Below are positions 11,757 to 24,463 of a stretch of DNA of 64,000 nucleotides, piece by piece (the first letter of the stretch is position 1; each line of letters opens with the position of its first letter). This DNA is from Octopus vulgaris. Lineage: Eukaryota. Position numbers and translations under genes: made by a program. The stretch spans positions 36,146,001 to 36,210,000 of the forward strand of contig OX597832.1 in assembly GCA_951406725.2 (NCBI GenBank), given 5' to 3'. The notes under the pieces were generated by a model, which made no database searches, was not told the origin of the DNA, and saw only the letters and a program-made list of their open reading frames with translations.

Positions 11757-12077
11757 CCATGGGCATATGGCGTAGTGGTTAAGAGCACGGGCTACTAACC
11801 CCAAGATTCTGAGTTCGATTCCAGGCAGTGACCTGAATAATAATAATAATAATAGTAATAATAATAATAATAATGATGATGATAATAACAACAACAACAG
11901 CAACATCGAAAAATACTTTAGGAATGAGAACCCAAGTTTGAAATTTTCCCAAGAGACCTCATGAAGGCTGGAGGTTATATCAGCCAAAATGTTGTGTTGA
12001 CAACAAACAAGACGAGGACAAATATCCATCAAATGTAAATAATGTACGTAATTCCTCATCTCTTAAATATAGAACTG
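11757..12077 (+). mobile_element. tRNA-headed SINE with internal (AAT)n and a hammerhead-like 3' part
   Basis: A box tggcgtagtgg, B box gagttcgattcc; 3' part ctcatga-aggctg..cagcc-aaaat-gttg. Confidence 0.75.
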
Positions 12078-12232
12078 TGGGCTTCTTTCAGTTTCTGTCT
12101 ATCAAATCCACTCACAAGGATTTAGTCTGCCTGAGGCAATAGTAGAAGACACTTGCCCAAATTGCTATGCAGTAAGACTGAACCCGGAACCATGTGGTTG
12201 GGAAGCAAGCTTCTTACCACACAGCCACGCCT
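12078..12232 (-). mobile_element. SINE family A 5' fragment
   Basis: Reverse complement of ggcgtggctgtgtggtaagaagcttgcttcccaaccacatggttccgggttcagtc. Confidence 0.85.
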
Positions 12233-12235
12233 ATT

Positions 12236-14110
12236 TGGTAAAGGAGAGACGGAAGATGGAAGTTATGAGAATTTTTATTAATCACTACAAACGTTTCAAC
12301 CCATCTAACATCGATGCCTCAAGGGTGGGATGCTTGACAACAGGTTCAGCAGCATCCAACGATGTAGATGTGTCTCTTCAGGTGGTAATAGATATAACTC
12401 ATTAAAATAACAGTTCCGCAAGGTATCTTCGAGTTCGTATAAAGAAAAGCAGCAAATTAAATGATAGAGCTTCATTAATATAGAAGATCAAGAATAAAAA
12501 AAAATCACAGATGCAAAAAGGAAATGAACACACAATACAGTGAAAAAATTGTTAAAAATAACTGTTAATGGATATGGCTGTATAAACACCCTCATGTAAA
12601 TTGTATGGCACATGTATGGCTCACTCATACTAGCACCTGCAAAATGTAAACATTCATACACGTGTGGTTTGGTGCACAAAACGTTCACACAGCAAATTAA
12701 ATAGCTACTTGGTGTTTATAAGAATAGGGAAGTTAGATCTAAATTTAATTCATCCATACCTTAAGGTGAATTACGATTAGTAATTTGGTTAATGGTTACT
12801 CAAATTCATTCCCACTGCATTGTACAATAGTATATTTATATACATGTAAGCATCTTGAGAGTCTTTCAGGAATTCTATTAATGATTTTCTCAATGGTCTA
12901 CAGAATAGACATGGATTCCTCAGAGCATCTGAAAATTATATCATATGGTTTTGTGTGCCTTACTATGGACCAAGTTACGTTACACTTAATTTTATCTTCC
13001 TTAAGTCACCACTACAAAATCAGCCAAAGATGTTGAATGTCTCTTATTGATTTTCTTGAAGCTGGCAATATGGTTGCAATAACGATTCTTGAATGAATCA
13101 GTCGTTGCCCCAGTGTAAACATACGACCCTCTCCCTTGTGTGTATGGTACATTTATATACAAGATTTGTACTCATACAGAGGTTCATCAATGGGCATCTT
13201 GGTTTTTCTCTGCATGAGCATTTATCACATTTAGTTGTATATATGGCAGTTCTGATTTCATTTTCAACATCATTACCATGTTAGCCATATCACAATTATT
13301 GCTACTATCACAATCTGTCCATATCTGGTATTTTTCATTGTGGTTTACATCTCCTTTCTTGGTTTATTGATGTATATCTTTGCTAGTTCCTGTAGGTGAG
13401 TTATTGAACTGTTGTTTCATTTTACTATTATTAATGCATGATAGTAGCAATAATTGCAACATAGCTAACACAGTAACAACATTGGAAAATGAAGTCAGAA
13501 TTGCCATATATACAACTAAATATAATAAATGCTCATAGTCATAATAAATACACATAACCATTAACCTAATTACAAATCATAATTCACCTTAAGTTATGCA
13601 GGAATTAAATTTAGCTCTAATCTCTCCATTCTTATAAACACCAAGTAGCTATTTAATTTGCTATGTGAAGGTGTTTGCCAAATCACATATGTGCAAATGC
13701 TTACATCTTTGTGGATGCTTGCATAAACGAGTGTATATATGCCATATAACATACACGAGGGTGTTTATACATCCATATCCATTAACGGTTATATTTAACA
13801 CTTTTTTGATGTATTTTGCATTCATTTCTTTTTGCATCTGTGATTTGTTTTATTCTTGATCTTCTATATTAATGAAACTATATCTTTTAATTTGCTGCTT
13901 TTCTTTACACAGACTGAGATGATACTTTGCATAACTGCTATTTAACAAGTTATATCTATTTATTACCCAAACTGACAAATCTACACTGTTGGATGCTCCT
14001 GAACCAGTTGTTAAGTATCCCACCCATGAGGGATCAATGTTGGATAGGACGAAACAATTGTGATGATGAATAAAAATTCTCATAACTTCCATTTGTCATT
14101 AATCAAATAC
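12236..14110. mobile_element. Penelope-like element arranged as a fold-back (inverted termini around a GIY-YIG remnant)
   Basis: 12240-12795 is an inverted copy of ~13560-14110; inner inverted pair 13214-13309 / 13439-13536; minus-strand STNLVYKCTI..FK.R...H GIY-YIG-like reading at ~13050-13185. Confidence 0.8.
12278..12389 (-). ncRNA. Type I hammerhead ribozyme with 77-nt branched helix II
   Basis: accac-CTGAAGA-gacacatctacatcg...cgatgttagatgggtt-GAAA-cgtttg-TA-gtgat; inner stem ggatgct/agcatcc. Confidence 0.7.
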
Positions 14111-14181
14111 ACAACGAACACTGTGAAAGTGAATATGCTTTACCAATAAACTAGCTGGTATAAACCATGATTTTTATTATC

Positions 14182-14244
<63 letters not shown>

Positions 14245-14250
<6 letters not shown>

Positions 14251-15560
14251 CAAAATTTAGATTCAGATGAATATGGTACTTAAGTTAAAGGCACCAAAAT
14301 TTTGTATGGTATTATCCATATAAATCAAATGGGGGTGATTATAATCAAAATAAGCAACAAGTATATCCAAGGTAGAGTAGTGCAATTGTTTCATGCTACT
14401 TCATTTTATTAAACATTGTAAGCATTACATCGGTTTTAAAATGTCAAGCAATCTTCAGCCACTTATAGAATTTTCCAATCAAACAGACAATGCACATTCT
14501 TATCCCTATTTCATCTGCCAACATTATAATGAGGGTAGACATACAGACAGAGAGGTTGATTTCATTCTTAAGAACATGGTAGTAGTATGTTTACTCTCTG
14601 TCTGTATATTTTATCATTGAGTTTACTTTGTTATTTAGATCTGTCAGTGGGGAGGGGGCTTTATTCTTGGTTGAATGGAGACAAACAAGATTTTTTTCTA
14701 TTTATAGATATAGGAAGGGGTAGTACAAATGTGAAAACCATAAACCCATCCCCATTTTGAGGAATTCATTTTAGATATATTTGAATGTATTATAGCAAAA
14801 AGCTAGTAGGTTGAAGTTAGAGGGGTAAGGAGAACAGAGACTACTAATGCGCTAGAGGTTTTCAGTGTCCCTTACCATTTAACAACCAGATTCTATATTA
14901 AGGAATTTAAGAAAATATCCTTTAGAAAATGTTTTCTAAATGATTTCAATAAATATTAGTATCTTATAAAGGGATAGAAAATATAGAAATCATTTCATAT
15001 TTATATAAATATATATATATATATATTTCTATTATTATAGAATCATAATTAGCGAGTACATGGTGATTTATTTTATTAATGAGTTGAATTAAAAGAAAAT
15101 GTTAGACATAATATTTAATAACTGTGGAAAAAATACTTTATGAACTTAGCACATATATCAGGAGTCAATAAGATATATTAAAAAGTAATAGAAGGGAGGT
15201 AATCATGATGAACCAAGTAATTTCTCTAGGTATATAGAATTTTTTGCAATCATTTCATATTTATATAAATATATATATATCTATTTCTATTAATATAGAA
15301 TCATAATTAGCTAGTAAATGGTGATTTATTTTATTAATGAGTTGAATTAAAAGAAAATGTTAGACATAATATTTAGTAACTGTGGAGAAAAACTTTATCA
15401 ATTTAGTAAATATATCAAGAGTCAATAAGATATATTAAAAGGTAATGGAAGGGAGGTAATCAAGATGAACCAAGTAATTTCCCTAGATATATAGAATTTT
15501 TTGCAATCCTATATAGGAGAGCATCAAAAAATTCTAATTTCATTATATTTAAATTTATAT
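14245..15560 (-). mobile_element. Second Penelope-like family remnant with a 260-bp tandem duplication
   Basis: Hammerhead motif near the terminus; ITWFI-like Penelope linker reading; 14988-15247 repeated at 15249-15507. Confidence 0.6.
14376..14463 (-). ncRNA. Hammerhead ribozyme motif (59-nt helix II, U16.1 to C change)
   Basis: agtgg-CTGAAGA-ttgct...agcat-GAAA-caattg-CA-ctact. Confidence 0.6.
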
Positions 15561-15699
15561 ATATAACTAGCACTATGACCCGGCATATATATGATTAATA
15601 ATAATATATATATGTATATAATTATATTAAGGGAGCAAGGATGAAAACAACCTATCTCCAGCATGGTGTGTCTGTGTGTGTGCATATATATATATAAAA

Positions 15700-16030
15700 T
15701 TAATAATATACGTATGCTATGAATACTCAGGATTCGAAGACAAAAGAAATGCTTCAGCTGTTTTACTGGACATGATTTTTAGAGGTTTCCAGCCTTTTTT
15801 CTAACTTTATTATTCACTTATTTGAAATATTAAATATTAAAATGCTTTTTTACTTTCACTCTAGTCTTTTTTCTTTTCTTCTTTTTCAAAAATAAAGACA
15901 TGTACATTTACCTACTTTCTACTAAGGAAAGTATTCTTTATTGTACAGATAAAATCAAAAACTAAAGACTGTTAACAGTTCAGCTCATTAGATACATTGA
16001 GAAAATGTCATCTATCTTTTTACTTATTCT
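15700..16030 (+). pseudogene. Possible LRRCT end / TM / TIR-box1 fragment (perhaps the displaced C-terminus of L2)
   Basis: YVCYEY.., hydrophobic FTFTLVFFLFFFFKNK, YLFTYS..D; weak and partly explained by T-richness. Confidence 0.3.
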
Positions 16031-16463
16031 TTATTAAAAGTTGATGACACAACCAGTGGCCATACAAATAGCTTGGCTGGCAGCAGTTGTGGTCAAGCAC
16101 TGGTTGCTGGTAGGTAGTCAGCAGTAATATCTTTGGTACAATGGCCATGGTGTGTCACATCAATAACTGCAGGACAATTGCAGAGAAGAGCAAAGTGCTG
16201 TGTACTACAATAAACCACCAAGTTTATTGTATGATGATTTTGCTCAATAATGGGCATAAGCACTGCACTGGCCCACGTGCCAATTTTGTCTCACAGGTAT
16301 TTATCATGTGACCACTAAGTATTACCTGATTGTGTGGATCCTTTTCATAAGTGTAAAAACGTTTTTTTCCAAGAATTATATTTCCAAAACCAGAAAGTAT
16401 TTTCTATGATGCAGCATCTACCTTGTCACAAAATAAGGTAACCCATATTCTAATACTTATGAA

Positions 16464-16630
16464 GGTGGCATGCTGGCAGAAACGTCAGCACACTGGGCAA
16501 AATGCTTAGCAGTATTTCATCTGTCTTTATGTTCTGAGTTCAAACTCCACCGAAGTCTACTTTGCCTTTCATCCTTTCGGGGTCAATAAATTAAGTACCA
16601 GTTATGTACTGGGGTCAATCTAATCCCTTT
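16464..16630 (+). mobile_element. SINE family B fragment
   Basis: gctggcagaaacg..aaatgcttagc..ttctgagttcaaa..tttgcctttcatcctttcggggtc; same family as 19513. Confidence 0.85.
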
Positions 16631-16681
16631 ATTTTTTTCTATACACAATACAGAAAGGCTTTACATGTATTTGTTCCCTCG

Positions 16682-16905
16682 TTTAACTCTTTAGCATTTA
16701 AACCAGTTTTTCCTGGCCCAAATATTTTACCTGTTCTGTGTTCAAACCAGCCAGATCTGGACTTTCACTCTTACTCTACAATGTCATTCTAAAAATAAGC
16801 AATAATACCATTGAAATCTCAAAGCTACAAGATAATGCATGATTAAATCAAAACAAAGTGAATCAATTGGCAACCTATTTCATACAGTAATTTCAATGCT
16901 AAAGG
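16682..16905. mobile_element. piggyBac-like MITE (partial second copy at ~21110-21230)
   Basis: ttaa-ctctttagcatt ... aatgctaaagg inverted termini in a TTAA context. Confidence 0.65.
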
Positions 16906-18354
16906 ATTGCTTAATTTGATATTTTAACTTGCAAATCAACTGATTTTTACTTTTAAATCAACTTTAACTTGAAAATCAATCGATTGACTTATAGACGCAG
17001 AAATGACTATCAAATATCTATCCTATCATCAGAAATTGTCTCTTCCTGTTTGATACAAAATTCCAATGTCTTACCTGTGTGTCCATTGCAGTATGATGCC
17101 ACAAAATATCAACAGTATAATCCCTCACTAGAACAGCATTTATATTGTCTTTCACAAGCATTCAATAAGGAAATTCACAGAATAAAAGAAATACCGACCA
17201 TCAGTAGAAGTAAAGCAAACTAACAGACAATCCATAAAACAATACAAATACTAATACATGAGACATGACAACTATCACACACGTACAAATTTACCATAAA
17301 TGTGTATTACATGAATTAGATTCACTCTAACCATAATACAGAATAAAAACATTGTGAATATTCACATTTAAGCACACACACAACGCACACATACATGCAC
17401 ACAGGCACACACACACACACACACACACTTTTGCCTACACAGTTGATCTTGCATGTTTGAGCATACACAAATAAGGGCATCTATACATTTACACAATAAC
17501 ATCACACAAACACACACAACCATGAACAGAGATACATAGTTACAATTTCCCACACAAATACACAAGACACACGATATAAAAATAAATATCTAGAAGTTCG
17601 ATAAAAATAATAACGTTTAGTTTTGACAGAACTAAGAATGTAAATAGAGAGATGTTTGTTAAAAATAAGTTTTGAGGCTTAGTGAATGGTGGGATGGTTT
17701 TGTTAGAACTATAAGAATAGATTGTTGATCAAATTAATTTCCAACAATAATTTTGTCCAGGAGCTCAAATTTCTGTTTATAATGTTTATCAAGACAAACC
17801 GTTGGAATCTTGAATATAGATTTAATGTCTTGTAGTAAGAACATTTATGAGCTGTTCTTCAATTTCTAAGAAGGTGTCTGCTAGAGATATAAAAGATTTA
17901 TGTTACTGCACAATTTCGGTCACATATTAGATCAGTTTCTCTTTCTTTACGTTGTCAACTCAGTGCCATGCTTTGGTGATTTTTTCTTACACACTTGACA
18001 GCCATTCAGTGAAGAAGACATTCGCTACCTTCATTTCCTCTATGGCTTCTGTAATGTCACCTAATACCCACTTTACCCAGCATTCTTCATTAATTTTAGA
18101 ATTTCTAGCCATGGACATAATTTTACTGTTCACCTTCCATACACCGTTCATTCATAATTGCTGTATCTAAAAACTATCCAAAAGTTCTCTTCCTTTATTT
18201 TATCAGTCTTTGACAGCTTCCTAAGGACACCAGGATTATATATGTTTATATCCCTGTATTGACTTACTATTCAAATGGTTCAATGCAGCCATACAACTAA
18301 TCACAGATATGTTTTGTTTCCTATTCATTATACTATGTATGGTTCATAACAACG

Positions 18355-18700
18355 TGGAGGTGCATGGCTGTGGTTAGAGCGTAGAGCTTACAATCGTGAG
18401 GTTGTGAGTTCGATTCCTGGACCAGGATGTGTGTTGTGTTCTTGAGCAAGACACTTTATTTCATGTTGCTCCAGTTAAGTCAGCTGTAGAAAGGAGTTGC
18501 GACTTCACTGGTGCCAAACTGTGTCCGCCTTTGGCTTTCCCTTGGATAACATCAGTGGTGTGAAGATGGGAGGTTGGTATGCATGGGCAACTGCTAGCCT
18601 TCCACAAACAATCTTGCCCTGACTTGTGCCTTGGAGGTGCAATCCCATGGTCTTATGCTTCTAGGTGCAATCCCATGGTCATTCATGACCGAAGGGGATC
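18355..18700 (+). mobile_element. tRNA-derived SINE (family D)
   Basis: tggctgtggttagagc, B box gagttcgattcc, central gtgttcttgagcaagacacttt motif. Confidence 0.8.
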
Positions 18701-18885
18701 TCTTGATTCATAACATCTATTCTACAGTGATCTTAATCTCTTTAAGTACATCTACATATACTGACATGTATATATGTATATGACCCGTCCTTGTTTTCTT
18801 TGTATCGTCTATCTGGATGTTTTGCGTTCTTGTCCCATTTTAGTATTATATATATGTATATATATATATATTACATACATTTTTG

Positions 18886-18955
<70 letters not shown>

Positions 18956-19512
18956 ATATTGTGATACTTTGTAATACCTTTCAGTAGTTTTAGGTTTTGT
19001 TATCAATGCTTCATATATCATTGTTTTTGAAAGACAAAGTCACCTTCTGGACAAGTAGAACGATTTTGACAGTTATCTATTGGTTGCTGAAGTGAGGACT
19101 GTATTGGTACTCGGGTATGTTTCTGGTTATGGTGTGTGATTCTGACAACAATGATATGCAGACTGTAATAGCTGCCCTTAACTGTATTGATGTGAAAAAT
19201 TTTGTTGTATTTGTGAGAAATGTTTATTTCATTTAATTTTGTTTTGGTTGGTTGGAAATAAATTACAGGAAGTAGGATGTTCAGTTATAGCAGTGATAAC
19301 ATCTGTGCTCTGTGGTGGATTAAACAAGGTGATATCTATTTTTCTTTGTTCTTTTCTGATGTGTGTCTTTATGAAAGTTTTTTTACTGAAGCTAAGCTGC
19401 TTCTGTATAATGTATTGTCATACTGGAACTTTAAGGATGACTCTGTCCAACAATAAGTAAAAAAAAACCCTTACAAAGCCTTGTGAGTGGATTTAGTAGG
19501 CAGAAACTGCAA

Positions 19513-19747
19513 AGGTGGTGAGCTGGCAGAAACATTAGCACTCCGGTCGAAATGCTTAGCGGTATTTCGTCTGCCGCTACGTTCTGAGTTCAAATTCTGC
19601 CGAGGTCGACTTTGCCTTTCATCCTTTCGGGATCGATAAATTAAGTACCAGTTATGCACTGTGGTCGATGTAATCAACTTAATCCCTTTGTCTGTCCTTG
19701 TTTGTCCCCTCTATGTTTAGCCCCTTGTGGGCGATAAAGAAATAAGA
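19513..19747 (+). mobile_element. Near full-length SINE family B, inserted in a family A fragment
   Basis: ggtggtgagctggcagaaac..gttctgagttcaaattc..aagtaccagtt..ataaagaaataag; flanked by gaaactgcaaag on both sides. Confidence 0.9.
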
Positions 19748-19934
19748 AACTGCAAAGAAGCTCCTCGTGTGTATGTGTGTGTGTGTAAGTGTGTGTGTGT
19801 GTGTATGCATGCATGTACATACATGTGAGTGAAACTTTGTGTGCATGTGTGTGTGTGTGTGTGTATGTGTGTGTGTGCGTGTGTGTGTGTGCTGTCTTCT
19901 TACCTTGATGTGATGTCAAGGTAAACAAAGCCGC

Positions 19935-20130
19935 CAATCATGCAAGTGGCATCCTTCATTTCCAGTCTTCAGCAAAAACATGTCTTGTCATAGAGTAAAG
20001 TTACTTTACTCGGAAACAACCAAAGGTTGGTGACAGAATGGGTATTCAGCTATAAAAAAATCTGCCTCATAGAATTCAGTGAAATTTATGCAAACATGGT
20101 AAAATGGATGTTAAAAATGATGATGATGAT
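19935..20130 (+). mobile_element. Diverged family C-like 3' end
   Basis: ggttggtgacagaatgggtattcagc..atggatgttaaaa(atg)n tail. Confidence 0.6.
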
Positions 20131-20783
20131 ATATTCATGTTTTGCATGTATGATGTGTGTGTCTGTGTGCATGTAAGCATATATTAATTCATAAATATGT
20201 GTGTACAATATGTGTGTGTACACATAAATGGCTGCCAGTCATGCAAAATAACAGCAGAAAGAGATCTATCATCATCATTAGCATCATTATCACCATCATT
20301 ATGAATATTTTTACATTATTTTTATTTTTCTATTTCCTCTCATTTGCTGAAGCAATCTGCTTCTTTGATTGTTTTTTTTTACTTTTCTTATCACAGTTGG
20401 ATACCTTTGTATTTTTTCCACTGAGAGCTGAACTGTGAAATTAGTAGAGAACCGGCTGTTTGTTCAATCAAGTCAAACTGGAGCAAATAATATAATATTC
20501 TTGACCCTGGGGCACATCACAATGACTCTAATAAAGATTGAAGTCATGATCATGTAACCAATAGGCCAGTTGCTTAACTCTGCGGTCACTAAATCATCAT
20601 CATCATCATCATCACCATTATTTTCATGACCATCATAAGAACACCCATCATTATTCTTGGTTCCATAATCTCAACTCTTTCTGTTCCTCTCTCTCTCTCT
20701 CTTTCTTTCTCTTTCTTTTCCTCCATTTACACATGTAACAAACTGTCACCTATACACATGGAGTTACTCTTGAACAATACTGC

Positions 20784-20838
<55 letters not shown>

Positions 20839-21419
20839 CGCATACACACACACCCACACGTACACCAATACCAGTTGTCAAGTAGTAGTGCAAGGACAGA
20901 CACAAACACACACACACATATATATAATATACATACGACAGGCTTCTTTCAGTTTCTGCCTGCCAAATCCACTCATAAGGCTTTGGTTAGGGGGACTGAA
21001 CCCAGAACCCTTTGGCTAGGAAACAAACGTCTCACCTCACAGCCATGCCCACACCTATTTATTCAGATTGTTTTGCCTTTTTCATGTTGCTTCAATATTT
21101 CAATGGTGTGTTTGTATATTTTCAGAATGACATTGTAGGGTAAGTATGAGAGGTTAGATCTGGTCAGTTTTAACACAAAACAGATAGAATATTTGGGCCA
21201 GATATGGCCAGATTAAATGCTAAAAGCTAAAGCTAAAGCCTACTGTTGAATCCTGTGTGCAAGACTTAACCTGCTTGCTACCCAGTCCTGGGTACTTTAT
21301 TAATTCCAAGAATATGAAGGGCAAAGTTGACCCCAGCGGGTTTTGAACTTAAAGCTGGAACAAATAACAAAAACTAGATTTTGTCCAACACACTTTTGAC
21401 TCTACCAATTCACCATCTG

Positions 21420-21574
21420 GACACATACACACATACATACATACATACATACATACACACACACATACATACATACATACACATACATACATACATACAT
21501 ACATACATACACACACACACATACATACATACATACACACATACATACACACATACATACATACATACATACAT

Positions 21575-21605
<31 letters not shown>

Positions 21606-21622
21606 TACATACATACATACGT

Positions 21623-21653
<31 letters not shown>

Positions 21654-21950
21654 TACATACATACATACATACGTACATACATGCATGCATACATATATAC
21701 ATACATACATACATACATACATACATACATAAATACATATATACATACATACATACATACATACATACATAAATACATTCATACATACATACATACATAC
21801 ATAAATACATACATATATACATACATACAAACGTACATACATATATAGATACATACATACATACATACATACATACATACATACATACGTACGTACGTAC
21901 ATTACATACATACATACATACATACATGCATACGTGCATGTTGATAAGCA
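21420..21950. repeat. (CATA)n/(CA)n compound microsatellite
   Basis: Directly visible; source of several spurious ORFs. Confidence 0.97.
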
Positions 21951-23474
21951 TAGATATAAACACATTGAAATACACACTAGCATATACAACAGATACGCAA
22001 TTACCAAATGACACATTTACACATTTGCACTAACTCAAATGTAATTACTCAGTCTAACTTATACACAAACACACACACACACAGTATACATACACACACA
22101 CATACACATGTATGCAGTCCCTTTCACATAAAGACATACATAAAAACATCAACACATAATTCACAGAAACACACACAGCTATACACAAGGACACACAACT
22201 ACACAGGCAGAGACACATTTATAGGCTATATTTATGGTAAATTAGTACTATTAATAATCCATAAAAAATGTCCTCCAAGTCCGTTTAGGACAGCATAATT
22301 TTGGATAACATCTATCTTCATGGAGAAGGAGAATAAAGAGGATATAAATGGTAACAGTTCTCTTATAATGCCATGAAATGCAGAATAATTGACACCAGAC
22401 AATATCCTCAGTAGTCTGCAGTGTACATTGAAATTATAATATGTATCAAGCTACTTGTAATTTTCTTTCCTAATAATTTATCAACATTTATTCTTGTTTG
22501 GCACACAGCTTTATTCTGTTTGACTTTCATCAATTTGAGAAAATTGCTCTTCCATGACAAAATGGAAGCCGGAGAATTTTATTGTTGCCATAGGAAAGCA
22601 ATATTAAAGGGAGATAATTATAGAACCAGGAACGTCGTTAACGGGGAGCAGAGAGGAATAGACAAACTCTTGGCCTCTCGCAGCTTTATAACTGTTTTAA
22701 AAGAACTCAGGTTTGATAAGAGAGCAAATGTTATTGCTGAAATATTTTAACTCTGTTTTTAGTTTGTGAATGTTCATTAGTGAGAATATTTAAAAATAAA
22801 TAAAATGAAGAAAACTTTATAAAAAGAAAAAATCTATAAAACGAACATATAAATATATCAAAAGTGCTTACAATTAACCTTTTGTGGAATTTGTTACGGT
22901 AAAAGTGAAATGAAATCATTGAGCAGAGCTTAATAACTGATTCTAATAAAGATTCCTTCAACTATTGGTAGTTACGTTCCATACACTTTCATTCTAATTG
23001 TTTAATTAAACATACAGCATCTCACTAAATTCAACTAATGTCAGAATATTGCCTGATTTATGGCACTACAAAACAAATCTTGCCTAAAAAAATCAATAAT
23101 ATTTTCTTCAAGTCGGTAAACTTGTCTGATTATTCGACCATATTTTCTTGCTTCTCTTTTCAAAAGTAACTCAATGCTATTTACTACTCTTTGACAAAAC
23201 TAAAACATTCTCTGCTATTGTTTCACCATTAACATCATTATTATTACTGGTGTTTGGTTTCTTGGGGGGAGGGGTTGTTATTCTATATAGAATGGTGACT
23301 AGCAGACTGAACAATGCACTGACAAAATTCTTTCTATTATTTAATTATATTCATTTCAACTCTTGCCAGGGTCAACTAGAGTCAATGAAATATGTACCAA
23401 TAGAATACGGCAATCCATAAAGATGATAAATTCTTCTCAGTCAAACATTGTATGTAGTTAATTATTATCAAAAG

Positions 23475-23690
23475 GTAACAAACAGGTAGAAATCATTATT
23501 AGCAGACAAAGTGGTTAGCAGCTTTTTTTTTTTGGCTCTTTACCTTCTGAGTTCAAATACCACAGAGGTTGACATTGACTTTCATCCTTTCAGTGTCAAT
23601 TAAATAACTAGCAATTGTGCACTGGGTTGAGGTAGTTGATTTATCCCCCTCCAACTAAAATTGGGGCCTGTGTCAAAATCTGAAACTATA
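23475..23690 (+). mobile_element. Diverged SINE family B
   Basis: ttctgagttcaaataccacagaggttgacattgactttcatcctttcag core. Confidence 0.7.
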
Positions 23691-23699
23691 ATTATTATT

Positions 23700-24235
23700 G
23701 AGTGAGAGAGCAGTGGAGGCCATCAAAGTGACACTGAGGTACAAATATATGAAACCCAAAATACCCATCATGACTACCTGTATAATAAAGGTACACTAGG
23801 CACATGCATCATAACCATATGTGCATGACAGGGTGTTCTCATACCAGGATAAACAGGACATCACCTTACAAGTGGCACCCAGTAGGAATTTTCTCCAGGT
23901 TGAGTAGTCCATCCCACTCAAAAGGTCCATGAGGTTCGTTTAAGGATGACAAACTAAACACCTATGTTTCCAGAGGTGAATTATCCAAACCCCAAATAAT
24001 TCCCCTCGATACAGGGCTATGATGCTTCCTCACTATTCCTGTTCGGGATCAGAGATGCACATATTGTCAGCCATTAAGAGACGTGTTCAACTGGTTAAGG
24101 TTAAGCAAATTTGTGGTACTGAGTAGAATATTTTCTGTAGCCTATCTTTTACACCAAAGCAGAATGTACATGATAACACTTCCAATCAATTAAGATCAGA
24201 AGCCATGAGAGTCACTGCTTGGTTCTGCATCGGGA
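23700..24235. repeat. Unclassified interspersed repeat flanked by (ATT)n
   Basis: GC-richer block bounded by attattatt on both sides, interrupting L4; class not determinable. Confidence 0.45.
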
Positions 24236-24388
24236 CAATTATTATTATTATTAAAACTATAACTTACTACTTCAGTTGGCAAGGATGTTGTCTTATGGTT
24301 TGGTGACAACAAATCTCAAGAATCTTTCTTTGAATTCTTGCAGAATACCAGGTTACACTTTTCCGAACAATGTAAATCTCATTTGCTA

Positions 24389-24463
<75 letters not shown>

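Larger units (their letters stand above)
16290..19300 (-). pseudogene. Decayed Toll-like receptor, locus L3
   Basis: TLSFKNNDI*SIDNKT (19040-18993), KTLNLYS, LLEINLINNLF (17750-17715), TM-like VVMSHVLVFVLFYGL (~17270), box1-like YTVD/FVASY (~17110), TIR-end-like FYTYEKDPHNQ (~16350). Confidence 0.6.

Noticed and set aside
21349-22016. Long ORFs of 120-220 aa (also 38144-39757, 52862-53348, 59213-60675, 61412-62065)
   Set aside because: Translations of micro- or minisatellites lacking stop codons.
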